This document shows positions 26,878 through 37,608 of a stretch of 64,000 nt of DNA, piece by piece (positions within the stretch are counted from its first letter, which is position 1; each line of letters opens with the position of its first letter). A model generated the notes under the pieces. The model saw only the letters and a list, made by a program, of their open reading frames with translations. It did not search any database and was not told the DNA's origin. The stretch comes from Candidatus Latescibacterota bacterium (lineage in GTDB: Bacteria > Latescibacterota > UBA2968 > UBA8231). Both the position numbers and the translations under genes were made by a program. The stretch is from the NCBI GenBank assembly GCA_965242865.1, contig CBDETK010000013.1, positions 5,549,567-5,613,566 on the forward strand, in the 5' to 3' direction.

Positions 26878-29066
26878 CGCACGGTAAATTCCGAGCGAAC
26901 CTCGGCTTGGTTGCCGCTCATGTCCCGCACCCTCAGCACCAAGCGGTGCGCGCCCGGCGGCAAATTTTCCGCCCAATGCCCATACACGCGCCCGGCTTCT
27001 GGATCGTATTCGGCGATCAGCGGGCGTCCGTCGAGCTCAAACTCGATGTCCTCTTCCCGCCCAATGCCCGAGCCGGAGTCGCGCACCGCGCCGCGAATTT
27101 CTGGGCGCGGGCCAACGACCGCCCCTTGAGCCGGCTGCAACCCGCCAATTTGGGGCGCTTCGAGGTCCGCCAACAGCGCGTAGCGGCCAAAGCGACGCAC
27201 CCGCGCCACCACCTGCCGCGCCCCAGCGTCCCACTCGTTGCTGACGAGCGTCCACTTTTCAGGGGCCACCTGTCGGTAGATGCCCAGTTTTTCCGGCACC
27301 AGGGAGCCGCGGTCGTAGCGCAAGCGCAGCTCGACCTTGTGGTCAAAGCTGAGCTCAGGCCCCAAGGCAAATGCCGGCCCGGCTTCGACTAAAGCGGCGG
27401 GCACCTGCGGCTCAAAGGCCACAACTTGGGGGAAAAACGGCGCGTACGCGCTCGCCACGGCAAACCCCAATTCGACCGTGCCGTTGGCGTAGCGTAGCTC
27501 GGCCGCAGCTCCCGGCTTCACGACCTGCCGGTCGAGGGCGACCCTTTGCACGGCGGCCTTGCCCGCGCGCAGCAAAACCGGCCCGGCGGCCGGGTCGCTC
27601 GGATCGAGCGGCACCACGGCCCGGAACTCGCGCAAGCCGGTCTGGCGGGGATTGATAGTGGCGGTGCCGGCGCGGACCAAGGGCGCCGCGCTAGGCACTT
27701 GTGAGTAGCGCAGCACGAGCTCCACAAAGTCCGGGTGGGCGCGGCGGTCCAAGGAAAAGCTCGGCGCAGCAGCCCCGTCATCGGGCAGGCGACAGACGGC
27801 AAAGGCGGCGACGCCGGCTGGATCCCGCGCCCGAATTCGCCAGTAGGGGGCATTCCGGTGGATCCGCCACTTGAGCGGCCCGGAGCGGCTCTGCCGCCGA
27901 TCGACGCGCCGCCACGTCTGGCCATCGCGCGAGCTGGCCAATTCTACTTCCACCAGCGGATCGTCCGCATCGGTTAGCTCGGCCTCGATAAAAATTCCGT
28001 CGGCTTCCGTTGCGATCCGCGCCCCGGCCAAGGCCGGCGGCTCATCGACCATCAGCCTAAAACGCGCTCGGCTCTCGTTGCCGTTGACATCCGCGACTTC
28101 GACTTCGACTTCGTGCAGCCCCTTGGCCAAGTTCAGCATTCCATCGCCCGGCCCTTGGTAGAATTCGAGGCGATTGCCCGGCTGGCGGCACAAGTTGTAA
28201 AAGCGACTCACCCCGCCCTTAAAGGCTGCGCGCGGCCGGTCCAAGTACATCTGGTGCATGTCGCCGTACCCAACTCGCTCGTAGCGCGCCGCAAAAACCG
28301 GGTCGCCGTCCACGTACAAGGCCGCGCGATAGGGGGCTAGTTTGTTGGGGGCGGCGTCGGCGCGATCGTACATCAACGCGCTGATGCTCACCGGAGAGCG
28401 CACCTGCACGGTCCGCTCCCCAATGAATTCCCCCCGGCCCGCTTGCCAGCCCAAGCGCAGCACGTACGGATCGTGCCCGCCCTCGACTTGGGCCGTGCGC
28501 CCATGCGGCGCGATGGCCACTCGTTGCACGGTCGGCGCAATCGTGTCGGCGATGGAAAACCCGTGCAAGAGGGGATTGATCGCCACGTTGTCTGCGTCGC
28601 GCAGCTCTAGGTGCAAGTGGGGCGGGCCGGCCCCGCTCTCGCCACTCCACGCGATAACCGCGCCCCCGACCACTGGAATCTCCCCGGCCTCAAAGTGCAA
28701 ATCCACGCTGTAGCGGCCGCGCTGCTTTTGCGCTTGCGCCACGCGCTCGGCCACGGGCGCGGCAAAGCGCTCTAAGTGGGCATATACCACCGTGCGACCA
28801 TCGGCCAATTTCTGGTACAAGGCCCGGCCATAGCCCCAAGGCGAGGTCCGCGCTCGCCAGATATAGCCGTCGGCTAGGGCCTGAATGGGGTGGCCGGTCG
28901 CGCCCCAAGTCTTGAGGTCAATGCCGGCGTGGAAGGCCCGGGCACGCGATTCGCCAAAGGTGGAAGACAAGGCGGGCGCGATTCGCAGCGGCCAGCTGAG
29001 GGCCGCCTCTTGCGCGCTCGCCGCCGGCCCCGCGACCACCCCCAATAAGAGCATCCATTTAACCAC
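26874..29066 (-). CDS. M23 family metallopeptidase with long C-terminal beta-rich region
   Basis: TFGESR..FHAGIDLK, VYAHL, GPPHLHLE; GTG start with gagga RBS and signal peptide. Confidence 0.88.
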   Translation of the reverse strand: MVKWMLLLGVVAGPAASAQEAALSWPLRIAPALSSTFGESRARAFHAGIDLKTWGATGHPIQALADGYIWRARTSPWGYGRALYQKLADGRTVVYAHLERFAAPVAERVAQAQKQRGRYSVDLHFEAGEIPVVGGAVIAWSGESGAGPPHLHLELRDADNVAINPLLHGFSIADTIAPTVQRVAIAPHGRTAQVEGGHDPYVLRLGWQAGRGEFIGERTVQVRSPVSISALMYDRADAAPNKLAPYRAALYVDGDPVFAARYERVGYGDMHQMYLDRPRAAFKGGVSRFYNLCRQPGNRLEFYQGPGDGMLNLAKGLHEVEVEVADVNGNESRARFRLMVDEPPALAGARIATEADGIFIEAELTDADDPLVEVELASSRDGQTWRRVDRRQSRSGPLKWRIHRNAPYWRIRARDPAGVAAFAVCRLPDDGAAAPSFSLDRRAHPDFVELVLRYSQVPSAAPLVRAGTATINPRQTGLREFRAVVPLDPSDPAAGPVLLRAGKAAVQRVALDRQVVKPGAAAELRYANGTVELGFAVASAYAPFFPQVVAFEPQVPAALVEAGPAFALGPELSFDHKVELRLRYDRGSLVPEKLGIYRQVAPEKWTLVSNEWDAGARQVVARVRRFGRYALLADLEAPQIGGLQPAQGAVVGPRPEIRGAVRDSGSGIGREEDIEFELDGRPLIAEYDPEAGRVYGHWAENLPPGAHRLVLRVRDMSGNQAEVRSEFTVR

Positions 29067-29733
29067 GGTCGTCCTCGTATCTGTGTAGGGCCATGCAGTC
29101 CGGGGCCACTTCGAGAAAGTGGAAGGGCTTTTCGGTCCAAGCCCCGGTGTTGAAGTAGCACCGGCCCTGCCGTTCAATCGCCATGGCCGCATGGGTGTGC
29201 CCGCAGACGATGGCTTCAACCCCCTCCTGCCGCGCCACGCGCAGGGCGTTGCGGGCCACGTGCTTATTGAGTATCCGGTAGAACAAAGGCCACTTCTTGG
29301 CGTACTCGGCCACGTGGGCATCGCGGCCGCCGAGCCAGATGCGGCAACAGTGCAAGCAGCGGAAGGCCCACTTGAACACCGGGTGCCGAGGCATCAGGCG
29401 GTCGAGCCGATGGCCGTGAACCACGAGCAACCGCTGGTCGAGCCGCCAGCTATCGACAAAGCGGATCTGCCCGGGATCGGCCAGCTTGAATTGGGCATCG
29501 TGGTTGCCGTACACCCAGATTACGGGCCGAGATTGCGACTCGCTCACGAGACGCTCCAGCACGGCCCGATGCGCGTCGGGCAGGGCGCGGCCCGGCTCAT
29601 CTATGACGTCGCCGTTGAGCACGAGCGGCACTCCTTTGGGCAAGGCATCGAGCCAAGCCGAAAAGTTGCGGTGGTAAAAGTACGCGGATCCGAGGTGTAG
29701 ATCGCTGACGATGAAGCAGTGTGCGACGCCCAT
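29059..29733 (-). CDS. Calcineurin-like metallophosphoesterase (LpxH-like)
   Basis: SDLHLG, LNGDVID, GNHD, HGH, CGHTH, NTGAW. Confidence 0.85.
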   Translation of the reverse strand: MGVAHCFIVSDLHLGSAYFYHRNFSAWLDALPKGVPLVLNGDVIDEPGRALPDAHRAVLERLVSESQSRPVIWVYGNHDAQFKLADPGQIRFVDSWRLDQRLLVVHGHRLDRLMPRHPVFKWAFRCLHCCRIWLGGRDAHVAEYAKKWPLFYRILNKHVARNALRVARQEGVEAIVCGHTHAAMAIERQGRCYFNTGAWTEKPFHFLEVAPDCMALHRYEDDRG

Positions 29734-29764
29734 GTTCCTTATTGTATAGGTTATATTGAGTTTG

Positions 29765-31216
29765 ATGAATAAACAGAGAACCCCTCCGCCGCGCAAAGCA
29801 GCCTTACAGGTCCTGCTCCAGTACATCGGCCGCCTGCTGCCCAACGACCAAGAGCGGGCGGCCTTTTACCAATGCGCCCAGACGCCTCCCCCGGCTTCGC
29901 TGCGCTTAAACGCGCTGCAAGCCCAAGCGCGCCCCCTGCGCCTCCACTTGCACCAGCGCGGCCAAAGCGTGCCTTGGTGCCGCGAGGGCTTTGCCCTGCC
30001 GGATGGCAACGCCCGCCTCGGCCAGACCATTGAACACGCGCTGGGCGCGTATTACGTCCAAGCCAAGGCCCCGATGCTGGCCGTTGAAGTCTTGGCCCCC
30101 CAGCCCGGGGAGCGCGTCCTCGACCTGTGCGCGGCCCCTGGGGGCAAGGCCACCCAGATTGCCGCGCACATGCAAAACAGCGGCCTGCTGCTGGTCAACG
30201 AAATGCAGCGCAAGCGCGTGCCGGCCCTCGTGGGCAATTTGGAGCGCTGTGGGGTGGCCAATCACGTCTTAACCCAAGCCCCGGGCACCCTGCTGACTCG
30301 TTACTTCCCCAACTTTTTCGACCGCGTCCTCGTCGATGCACCGTGCTCGGGCGACGGCATCGTGCGCAAAGACCAGAACATGCTCGCGTATTGGTCGCCG
30401 CAAGACGCCCAACGCCTCGCCCAGCAACAGATCGGCCTGCTGCGCGCCGCTTATGCCATGCTCCGCCCTGGCGGCACCCTCGTGTACTCGACCTGCTCGC
30501 TATCGCTGGAGGAAAACGAAGCGGTGTTGTTGGGGGTTTTGCGCCGCTACGGCGACGATGTCGCCATCCTCCCCATCCCCGCGGTCGCGGAGCGGCCCTT
30601 GCCCGCGGCGCTGGCCAGCCAGTTCCCGGCCGAGTTCGCCGGCTGCGCCCGCATCTGGCCCCACCGCCACGACACCGAAGGAGCTTTTGTCGCCTGCCTC
30701 TCCAAACGCGCCCCGACGCCAAGCCCGGAAGACGCCCCGGCTTGGGATGTTTCGACGATCGATGCGGCCGCGACCGAAGCTCGCCGCGCCATTGAAAGCC
30801 GGTGGGGCGGCACCCTGCCCTGCCCCGCAGACCAGATATTCACCCTCGGCAACCGCCACTTGTGCCGGCAACCGGCCCTCGGCCCGGCCCTCCAAGCGCA
30901 GCTGCCGCACTTCGTCCGCAGCGGTATGAAGGCGGCCCGCTGCCACAAAGGGTACTACTACCTGTCCCAGCAAACCGTCGCTCTGTGGGGGCATCGCATG
31001 CAAGGCCCCAGCGTCGAATTGAGCTGGCCCCAACTACAGGACCTATTCAAGGGGCGTCCGATCGAGTGCGACCCGCCCCTGGGTCTCAAGGGCGAGATTT
31101 TCTGCCGCTTTGGGCCGTGGACGGTCTGCCGCGCCATCGCCCGCGAACAAGGCCGCCGGCTCGAAGGCATGCTGCCGCGTGCGTTGTTCCGCGCCAATTT
31201 GGAGCGGCTGGTGTAG
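29765..31216 (+). CDS. RsmB/RsmF (NOL1/NOP2/Sun) RNA m5C methyltransferase
   Basis: VLDLCAAPGGK, FDRVLVDAPCSG, VYSTCS, EENE. Confidence 0.92.
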   Translation: MNKQRTPPPRKAALQVLLQYIGRLLPNDQERAAFYQCAQTPPPASLRLNALQAQARPLRLHLHQRGQSVPWCREGFALPDGNARLGQTIEHALGAYYVQAKAPMLAVEVLAPQPGERVLDLCAAPGGKATQIAAHMQNSGLLLVNEMQRKRVPALVGNLERCGVANHVLTQAPGTLLTRYFPNFFDRVLVDAPCSGDGIVRKDQNMLAYWSPQDAQRLAQQQIGLLRAAYAMLRPGGTLVYSTCSLSLEENEAVLLGVLRRYGDDVAILPIPAVAERPLPAALASQFPAEFAGCARIWPHRHDTEGAFVACLSKRAPTPSPEDAPAWDVSTIDAAATEARRAIESRWGGTLPCPADQIFTLGNRHLCRQPALGPALQAQLPHFVRSGMKAARCHKGYYYLSQQTVALWGHRMQGPSVELSWPQLQDLFKGRPIECDPPLGLKGEIFCRFGPWTVCRAIAREQGRRLEGMLPRALFRANLERLV

Positions 31217-31227
31217 CTGGTGTAGGG

Positions 31228-31842
31228 TTATCGCGCCGGTCCCGACCACGGGGGGAAGAGCTGGTGTTCAATCCCCAGCACATTGCAGATGCGGCCGGCG
31301 ATAAAATCGCCCAAATCGTCCAAGGTCTGCGGCTTTTGGTAAAAAGCTGGCATGGCCGGCAGAATGACGGCACCGGCCTCGGCTGCGACCGTCATATTGC
31401 GCAACTGAAGCAGGTTGAGCGGGGTCTCGCGCACCACCAGCACCAGCGGCCGCCGCTCCTTGAGGCTGACGTCGGCGGCCCGCTCAATCAGGCTCGCAGA
31501 CGCCCCCCGAGCAATGCTAGACAGCGTCTTGACCGAACAAGGCACCACCACCATCCCATCCACCAGCACTGAGCCGCTGGCGATCTGGGCCGCTAGATCG
31601 CCGGCGTTGTACTCGTGCAGGGTGCCGGCTTGGGTCGCCTCCCCATAGCACCGCGTTACAAACGCGCGCACGCTCTCCTCGCTGGGGCGAAAGCCCAATT
31701 CTTCGACGAGCAGGTAGCGCCCGTACTTGGACAGGACTAGATGTACTTGGTGGCCGCCGATCAGCAGGGCGCGCAGCAGGCGGCCGGCGTAGAGCGCACC
31801 GCTGGCCCCGGTGATGCCGACGACGATCTGCTTGCCGCTCAT
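31228..31842 (-). CDS. ubiX: Flavin prenyltransferase
   Basis: [46 protein letters not shown]. Confidence 0.95.
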   Translation of the reverse strand: MSGKQIVVGITGASGALYAGRLLRALLIGGHQVHLVLSKYGRYLLVEELGFRPSEESVRAFVTRCYGEATQAGTLHEYNAGDLAAQIASGSVLVDGMVVVPCSVKTLSSIARGASASLIERAADVSLKERRPLVLVVRETPLNLLQLRNMTVAAEAGAVILPAMPAFYQKPQTLDDLGDFIAGRICNVLGIEHQLFPPWSGPAR

Positions 31843-33821
31843 GACGCGCCCTTGCGGCCTTGGCGGCCGGCTTCGAGGGCGGCGACAATCGCTTCCACGT
31901 CATAGACGCAACCGCCCCAGGTGCCGCCGCCGGCGTTTTGCAACGCCGCCCACAGCCGCGTGTCGTCGGGCAGTTCTGCTTCGGGCGCGAGGTCTGGGCG
32001 CAAGGCGCGCTCGGCGAGCACTCGCTGGCCTTTGGCCGCGCCAAATTCCTCGCCCGCGCAGCCGACCAAGTCAATGCGTCCACGCAGGTTGCGGCAATCG
32101 ATTTCAATGGCGATTAAGTCGCCGTCCCGCAGCTTGCCAATCGGGCCGCCGGCCAGGGCCTCTGGGCCGATGTGCCCGATGCAAGGGCCGGACGAAAAGC
32201 CCGAAAACCGCGCGTCCGTCAGCAGGGCTACGCGCTTGCCAATATCCGTGTATTTGAGCGCGATCGTAACCTGCGCGACTTCCTCCATGCCCGTGCCCAT
32301 CGGGCCGCAGCTCATCATCACCAAGACGTCGCCCGGCTCAATTGCGCCGGCCTTGATCGCGGCAATGGTGTCGCGCTCGGTGGTAAAGACCTTTGCCGGT
32401 CCGGTGTGCCGATAGACCCCTTGCGCGTCCAGCAGCGCAGGGTCGATGGCCGTGCTTTTGACGACCGCGCCTTCGGGCGAGATGTTGCCAACCGGGAAGC
32501 AGGTGGTGCTGGTCAGGCCCTTGGCGCGGGCGCGGTCGGCGTCCATAATCACGGCGTCCGGGTCGATCCCGTCTAGCGTTTGCAGCGCGGCGCGGAAGCG
32601 GTGCCGGCGAGGCGCACTCTCCCACCAGTCGAGGTTTTCGCCCAGCGTCCGGCCGGTAACCGTCATCGCCCCTTCCTCCAAAAGCCCCAAGCGGCGCAGG
32701 TGCAACATGACCTCTGGCACGCCACCGGCCAAAAAGGCGCGCACCGTGACGTGGAACTCGGGGCCGTTGGGCAGCACATCGACCAAGCGCGGCACCGCCC
32801 GGTTAATCCGGTCCCAATCCTCCACCGCCGGTCGCTTTAGCCCGGCTGCGTGGGCAATGGCTGGTACGTGCAAGATCAAGTTCGTCGAACCGCCAAAGGC
32901 CGCGTGGACCACCATGGCATTGTGCAGCGCCCGCTCGGTGACCAATGCTTGCGAGCAAATGCCGGCCGCCTCCAGCACCATCAGCGCCCGCGCCGAGCGC
33001 ACGGCCATGTCGAGCCAGACCGCTTCGCCCGAAGGGGCCAGTGCCGAATGCGGCAGCGACAGCCCCAGCGCCTCGCCCACGACTTGGGTCGTAGCCGCAG
33101 TCCCCAAAAACTGACAGCCGCCCCCCGGCGTGGCGCAAGCTCGGCAGCCGAGCACTTGGAAATCGTCAATGTCCAGCTCGCCGCGCGCCAGCCGCGAACC
33201 CGCCGACTGGATCGCGCCGGCATCCTCGCCCTCTTCCGGCGGCAGGGTCACCCCGCCGGGCACGACAATGACCGGCAGGTCGGGCGTCCCGGCTAGGGCC
33301 ATGAGGACCGCGGGCAATCCCTTGTCGCAGGTCCCCACGCCCATCACGCCGCGCCGCGTTGGCAACGAGCGGATCAAGCGGCGCAGGAGCATGGCCGCGT
33401 CGTTGCGATACGGCAGGCTATCGAACATGCCCGTCGTGCCCTGCGAGCGGCCATCGCACGGGTCCGAGCAATAGGCGGCAAAGGGAATGCCGCCCCGGCG
33501 GTGGATTTCCTCGGCCGCGGCTTCCATCAGCAGGCCGATTTCCCAGTGGCCGGTGTGGTAGCCCAAGGCGATTGGCCGGCCATCCGGGGCGCGGATGCCG
33601 CCCTGTGTGCTGACGATGAGGAATTCTCCGCGGCCCAATTCAGCGGGGTTCCAGCCCATGCCCGCGTTTTGGCTGTAGCCAAAGATGTGCCCGCTCGGCG
33701 CTTCTACCACTTGCTCTATGGTCAGCGGCAGCTTGCCGCTGGGGCCGGGAGCGCGGGTGCGGACCTCGTAGATCGCCTCGTCGGTCTCGCCGACGATTGC
33801 TGCAAAGGAATCAGTATTCAT
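31839..33821 (-). CDS. yjhG: YjhG/YagF family D-xylonate dehydratase (IlvD/Edd family)
   Basis: [56 protein letters not shown]. Confidence 0.88.
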   Translation of the reverse strand: MNTDSFAAIVGETDEAIYEVRTRAPGPSGKLPLTIEQVVEAPSGHIFGYSQNAGMGWNPAELGRGEFLIVSTQGGIRAPDGRPIALGYHTGHWEIGLLMEAAAEEIHRRGGIPFAAYCSDPCDGRSQGTTGMFDSLPYRNDAAMLLRRLIRSLPTRRGVMGVGTCDKGLPAVLMALAGTPDLPVIVVPGGVTLPPEEGEDAGAIQSAGSRLARGELDIDDFQVLGCRACATPGGGCQFLGTAATTQVVGEALGLSLPHSALAPSGEAVWLDMAVRSARALMVLEAAGICSQALVTERALHNAMVVHAAFGGSTNLILHVPAIAHAAGLKRPAVEDWDRINRAVPRLVDVLPNGPEFHVTVRAFLAGGVPEVMLHLRRLGLLEEGAMTVTGRTLGENLDWWESAPRRHRFRAALQTLDGIDPDAVIMDADRARAKGLTSTTCFPVGNISPEGAVVKSTAIDPALLDAQGVYRHTGPAKVFTTERDTIAAIKAGAIEPGDVLVMMSCGPMGTGMEEVAQVTIALKYTDIGKRVALLTDARFSGFSSGPCIGHIGPEALAGGPIGKLRDGDLIAIEIDCRNLRGRIDLVGCAGEEFGAAKGQRVLAERALRPDLAPEAELPDDTRLWAALQNAGGGTWGGCVYDVEAIVAALEAGRQGRKGAS

Positions 33822-33837
33822 GCGGCCTCGTTGGACT

Positions 33838-34854
33838 TTACCAGCCCTCTTCGCGGACTTGGATTTTCTTTAGCAGGGGACGCCACCAGGCTTCGTGGTC
33901 GCGGTACCAGTGGACCGTATCGCGGAAGCCTTGGGCAAAATCGACTTGGGGTTCCCAACCCAACTCGGTGCGGATTTTGGTCGAGTCGAGCAGATAGCGG
34001 CGGTCGTGCCCGGGCCGATCCTCAACGTAGGTTTTGTGCGCGGCGTCCATCCCCAAGGCGTCGAGGATGAGGTCCGCAATGGTTTCGACGTCTTTTTCTA
34101 CGCCGCTGCCCACGTTGTACGTGTGGCCGATCTCGCCTTTCTTGAGCACGAGGTCAATGGCCCGGCAGTGGTCGTCCACGTGGAGCCACTCGCGGCGGTT
34201 GTGGCTCGATTTGTACAGCGGCATCCTCTGGCCAGTGAGCAGGCGGACGACAAAGAAGGGGATGACTTTTTCGGGGAATTGGTAGGGGCCAAAGTTGTTG
34301 GCGCAATTCGACAGGGTCACGGGCAGGCCAAAGGTGTGGCTGTAGGCGCGCACGGCCAGATCTGCGGCGGCCTTGGCCGCGTTGTACGGGGTTTGCGGTC
34401 GGTACGGCGATTCCTCGCTAAAGGACTCGTCCGCGTCGAGGGCCAAGTCGCCGTACACTTCGCAGGTGGAAATGTGGTGGAAGCGCGGCACTTGGGCGTC
34501 GGCCGCAGCCTGCAACAGCTTTTGCGTACCCACGACGTTGGTCTGAAAAAAGGCCGAGGGGTTGACAAGGGCCAAGCTGTTGTGCGATTCCGCGGCAAAG
34601 TTGACTACGTAGTCCGGGCGATGGACCGCGAAGAGGTGGCGAGTCAGGTCGGCGTTCTGAATGTCGCCGCGGACAAAGGTATAGCGGTCGCCGTAGCTTG
34701 CTTTCACGTCCGCGAGGCTGGCCAAATTGCCGGCGTAGGTGAGCAGGTCGTAGTTGACAACGCGGTCGTCGGGATAGGCCGATAGCCAGTAGCGAATGAA
34801 ATTGGAGCCGATGAAGCCGGCGCCGCCGGTGACGAATAGGGTTCTAGGCAGCAT
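33838..34854 (-). CDS. rfbB: dTDP-glucose 4,6-dehydratase
   Basis: [48 protein letters not shown]. Confidence 0.92.
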   Translation of the reverse strand: MLPRTLFVTGGAGFIGSNFIRYWLSAYPDDRVVNYDLLTYAGNLASLADVKASYGDRYTFVRGDIQNADLTRHLFAVHRPDYVVNFAAESHNSLALVNPSAFFQTNVVGTQKLLQAAADAQVPRFHHISTCEVYGDLALDADESFSEESPYRPQTPYNAAKAAADLAVRAYSHTFGLPVTLSNCANNFGPYQFPEKVIPFFVVRLLTGQRMPLYKSSHNRREWLHVDDHCRAIDLVLKKGEIGHTYNVGSGVEKDVETIADLILDALGMDAAHKTYVEDRPGHDRRYLLDSTKIRTELGWEPQVDFAQGFRDTVHWYRDHEAWWRPLLKKIQVREEGW

Positions 34855-35065
34855 AGGCGATGACTTCCAGCTCAGCGGCTTCATCCGTCTGCTCGAGTAA
34901 ATTCTCAATCTTTTCCATGACTGGATCCTCAATAGAGAACTCAGGGCAATTGGTGCATTCCAGCACAGGTAGCCTCTTGATCACGACAATACTAGTCGGC
35001 CCAAGGCGGAAGGGCAGGTCTGAAATGGTCAGCTCTAAGCGTCCTCCACAAACATGACACTTCAC
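34844..35065 (-). CDS. YgiT-type zinc finger (MqsA-like antitoxin domain)
   Basis: GTG start, KCHVCGG...IKRLPVLECTNCPE; start overlaps the upstream TGA. Confidence 0.8.
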   Translation of the reverse strand: MKCHVCGGRLELTISDLPFRLGPTSIVVIKRLPVLECTNCPEFSIEDPVMEKIENLLEQTDEAAELEVIAYAA

Positions 35066-35204
35066 GATGATACTCTCCGTGTTTTTAGGTCTGGCAACCA
35101 TTCTAGTTTGCTCGGTCGGTATGTGGTCACGATCCGGACGTTTTTATCTTTTACGTCCGTCGCGAAAAGAATATGATAACATTCTCCTGCATGTTCAGTG
35201 TATA
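35062..35204 (-). pseudogene. 3' fragment of DUF4258-like toxin, cut by IS630
   Basis: Manual translation YTEHAGECYHILFATDVKDKNVRIVTTYRPSKLEWLPDLKTRRVSS*; typical partner of YgiT fingers; 5' part replaced by the IS end at a TA. Confidence 0.65.
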
Positions 35205-35820
35205 TAGCAATCCTACATCATTTAAGAGATACTGTATATTGCTGTAACTTAGGGAAATGGAAGTATTTTTTTCGCCGAATTCCCTTGACAAACAGGTCTT
35301 TGATCGGTTCAAAGCTTGTGGTCCACGAGGCATGGGTACGCACAAAAGTCTTCCCTTTTAACCAAATATCTTCGACCGGATTTTCTTGCGGTGTATAAGG
35401 GGCCAATCGCATACAGCATACCTTCCATTGCTCCGGTGGTCGGTTCGCTTGTATGGTTTCGAGAACGGTGCGCATGGCCTGTTGACGATGATAGGAAGCC
35501 CCATCCCAAAAAATCAATAACCGTTGACCGGGACGACGCTGTTGTATAGAGCGTATAAAGTCCACCGTATGCTGCGAATTAGCCTGCGGATAGCTTTGCA
35601 TGAGGAAGGTGCCTTTAATCACATCCAAAGCCCCATAATAGGTTTGGCGTTGGCGTTCGTTTTCAATACATACCCTACGCCGTTGACCGCGTCGTCCCCA
35701 AGCATATCCACAAGCATCACCCCAGTGTAGGTGCGACTCGTCGACGAAAAAGGCACTGAGGTGCCCCCTTGGAGTGCCTCCTTATACACGGCTAGTTTTT
35801 TTTATCTCGGCTCGCCGTGC
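35203..35820 (-). mobile_element. Truncated IS630-family element (DDE domain only)
   Basis: FFVDESHLHWGDACGYAWG..TYYGALD..IFWDGASYH..PYTPQENPVEDIW; end tatagcaatcctacatcattta; A8 slippery run near 35796-35803; frame disruption near 35765-35785; N-terminal HTH absent. Confidence 0.85.
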
Positions 35821-35832
35821 GATCCCCGGACG

Positions 35833-36675
35833 CTATGTTAGATTTCGTACGTTCTCTTCTAAATCGTCCTCCGAGTCCTCATACCAAAAGTGAATCTTGA
35901 GGCCGAGTAGTTCGGCAGTCGAGTCGAGGAACTTCAAACGGGTGAGGAACCATTCTGTCCCAGCACCGCGTTCTGAGTTCTTGAAGTGATCGGCGGCCTC
36001 CAAGTGGCTATGAATTTTCTTTTCGACTTCCGCTATGTCCATGCCGTTTGAGCCGACATATACCCGCAGCAAGTCGGGCGATTCGGGTAGTGCTGTGCTT
36101 CTTTTTTGTTGCTGGAAGTGCTTGATGGCGTCTTTTTCGGACATACCCACTTTCAAGTATGTCCGATCATCTGCTCCTTTTCTCTTAGCAGGCTCAACCG
36201 GTCGATTGAAGTAGTGGGGCAGCACGTACACGTATATCCCCGGAATCATCTCTTTCTCGACAGCACTCGTTTGCCGCTCGAGTCTTCGTTCCTCCTTTTT
36301 CCATAGATCAGGATCATTTGCCTGATGCTCGCAGTTAGCTGCCCGCTTCTCAATCTCGTCGACGGTTTCAGGGGAGAGGGACGCCTCGTGGCGTTCTGCG
36401 AAACCTCGGAGGGTCGATGCGCACTGTCGAGCGATTGACGGAGAACTTGGCACTTTACCCTCCTCAATTGCTTTTATGAAATGCCGATTGTTGTAGACAA
36501 ATCCTGCTGTCCCAACATCTAGCTCTTTCGCGATCTCGTTCGCATTCAGCCCCTTCTGATGGTGTGTCCATACATCGCCGAGCCGTGTTTCATCCTGACT
36601 AAGCGCATCTTTGACTTCTTCCAGATACTTATCTTTAGCACCGGTAGCTTCCTGCTGGGTCGATTCTTCGGCCAT
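35833..36675 (-). CDS. GIY-YIG / T5orf172-like nuclease domain protein with N-terminal helical region
   Basis: GIYVYVLPHY..YLKVGMS..VEKKIHSHL..GTEWF; RBS gaggagg; lower GC. Confidence 0.75.
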   Translation of the reverse strand: MAEESTQQEATGAKDKYLEEVKDALSQDETRLGDVWTHHQKGLNANEIAKELDVGTAGFVYNNRHFIKAIEEGKVPSSPSIARQCASTLRGFAERHEASLSPETVDEIEKRAANCEHQANDPDLWKKEERRLERQTSAVEKEMIPGIYVYVLPHYFNRPVEPAKRKGADDRTYLKVGMSEKDAIKHFQQQKRSTALPESPDLLRVYVGSNGMDIAEVEKKIHSHLEAADHFKNSERGAGTEWFLTRLKFLDSTAELLGLKIHFWYEDSEDDLEENVRNLT

Positions 36676-36783
36676 GATGAACCTCCTCTTTGATTTGGTT
36701 GTTTTATTACGGCCTCTTTCCGTCGTAATATAGGCGCACAATAATAGACGCACAAGCGCGGCCCAGCCAATCGCGTCGCCTGC

Positions 36784-36812
36784 TTGACGCTCCCTTTTCA
36801 CCGCCCTATACT
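36784..36812 (+). promoter_or_regulatory. sigma70 promoter (copy 1)
   Basis: TTGACG-N17-TATACT. Confidence 0.75.
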
Positions 36813-36868
36813 AGCCGCTCGGTAATTCAGTAAAATCAACTGCTTATCACCCAAGAGGAGCGGCTACA

Positions 36869-37189
36869 ATGATTCATTTAGGGGCCAATTCAGTGCTCTT
36901 TGCCGGATTCGATTTGGAAACGGCGATGCGCCATATCCACCTCGCTGGCTACGATGGCGTCGAGCTGGCGGCGATCAAGGGCATGTGCGAGCACTTGGAG
37001 TTGGACAACTGGTCGGCGCAGGCCAGCCAAATCAAAGAGCTGGCGGAAAAATACGAGCTAAAATTGCTGGCGATGGAAGAGGCCGCGCTCGACGAAGAGC
37101 GCCTGATGCGGGCGTTTGCGGCGGGTGCTGAAATCGGCATTCCCGTCGTCAACGTCGGCCCGGGGGGCAAAAGCGACGTGGAGGCAGAT
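36869..37189 (+). pseudogene. Truncated duplicate of the sugar phosphate isomerase 5' end
   Basis: First 107 codons identical in protein to 40262-41062, then read-through into antisense uvrA. Confidence 0.85.
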
Positions 37190-37459
37190 GGCCTCTTCCA
37201 AGCGGCGGTCTTCGCGCTGGCGGAGAATCAAGCGATCTACCACGACTTCGATGGTGTGGCGGCACTGGCGTGCGTACGCCGACAGCGAGGTGACGTAGCG
37301 GTGCTGCCCTTCGGCGTACAGGGTGTCAAAGGCCAGCGAGGACTTGCCCGAGCCGGAGACGCCGGTGAAGCAGATCAGTTTGTTTTTAGGGAGGGTGAGC
37401 TGGACGTTTTTGAGGTTGTGGACGCGGGCACCGCGGACGACGATATCTTGGGTTTCCAT
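37190..37459 (-). pseudogene. uvrA: uvrA 5' fragment with internal deletion
   Basis: [48 protein letters not shown] joined directly to [10 protein letters not shown], which lies much further downstream in intact UvrA; truncated at the repeat junction. Confidence 0.85.
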
Positions 37460-37608
37460 GGCTTCGTGTAGCGCGAGGGGCGGGGAACGAAAACAAAGAA
37501 TATACTATACGAATGTGCAGCGGGCAAGCGGTGGGATGCGGATAGACGGCTTTGATCTAAAGGTAGTGCTGTGTATCAGACACTAGGGGCTGAGTGTCTT
37601 AGACCGCA

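Larger units (their letters stand above)
36780..37189 (+). repeat. Direct repeat copy 1 (promoter + 5' part of sugar isomerase gene)
   Basis: 410 bp matching 40173-40582 (offset 3393) with a few mostly synonymous SNPs. Confidence 0.95.
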
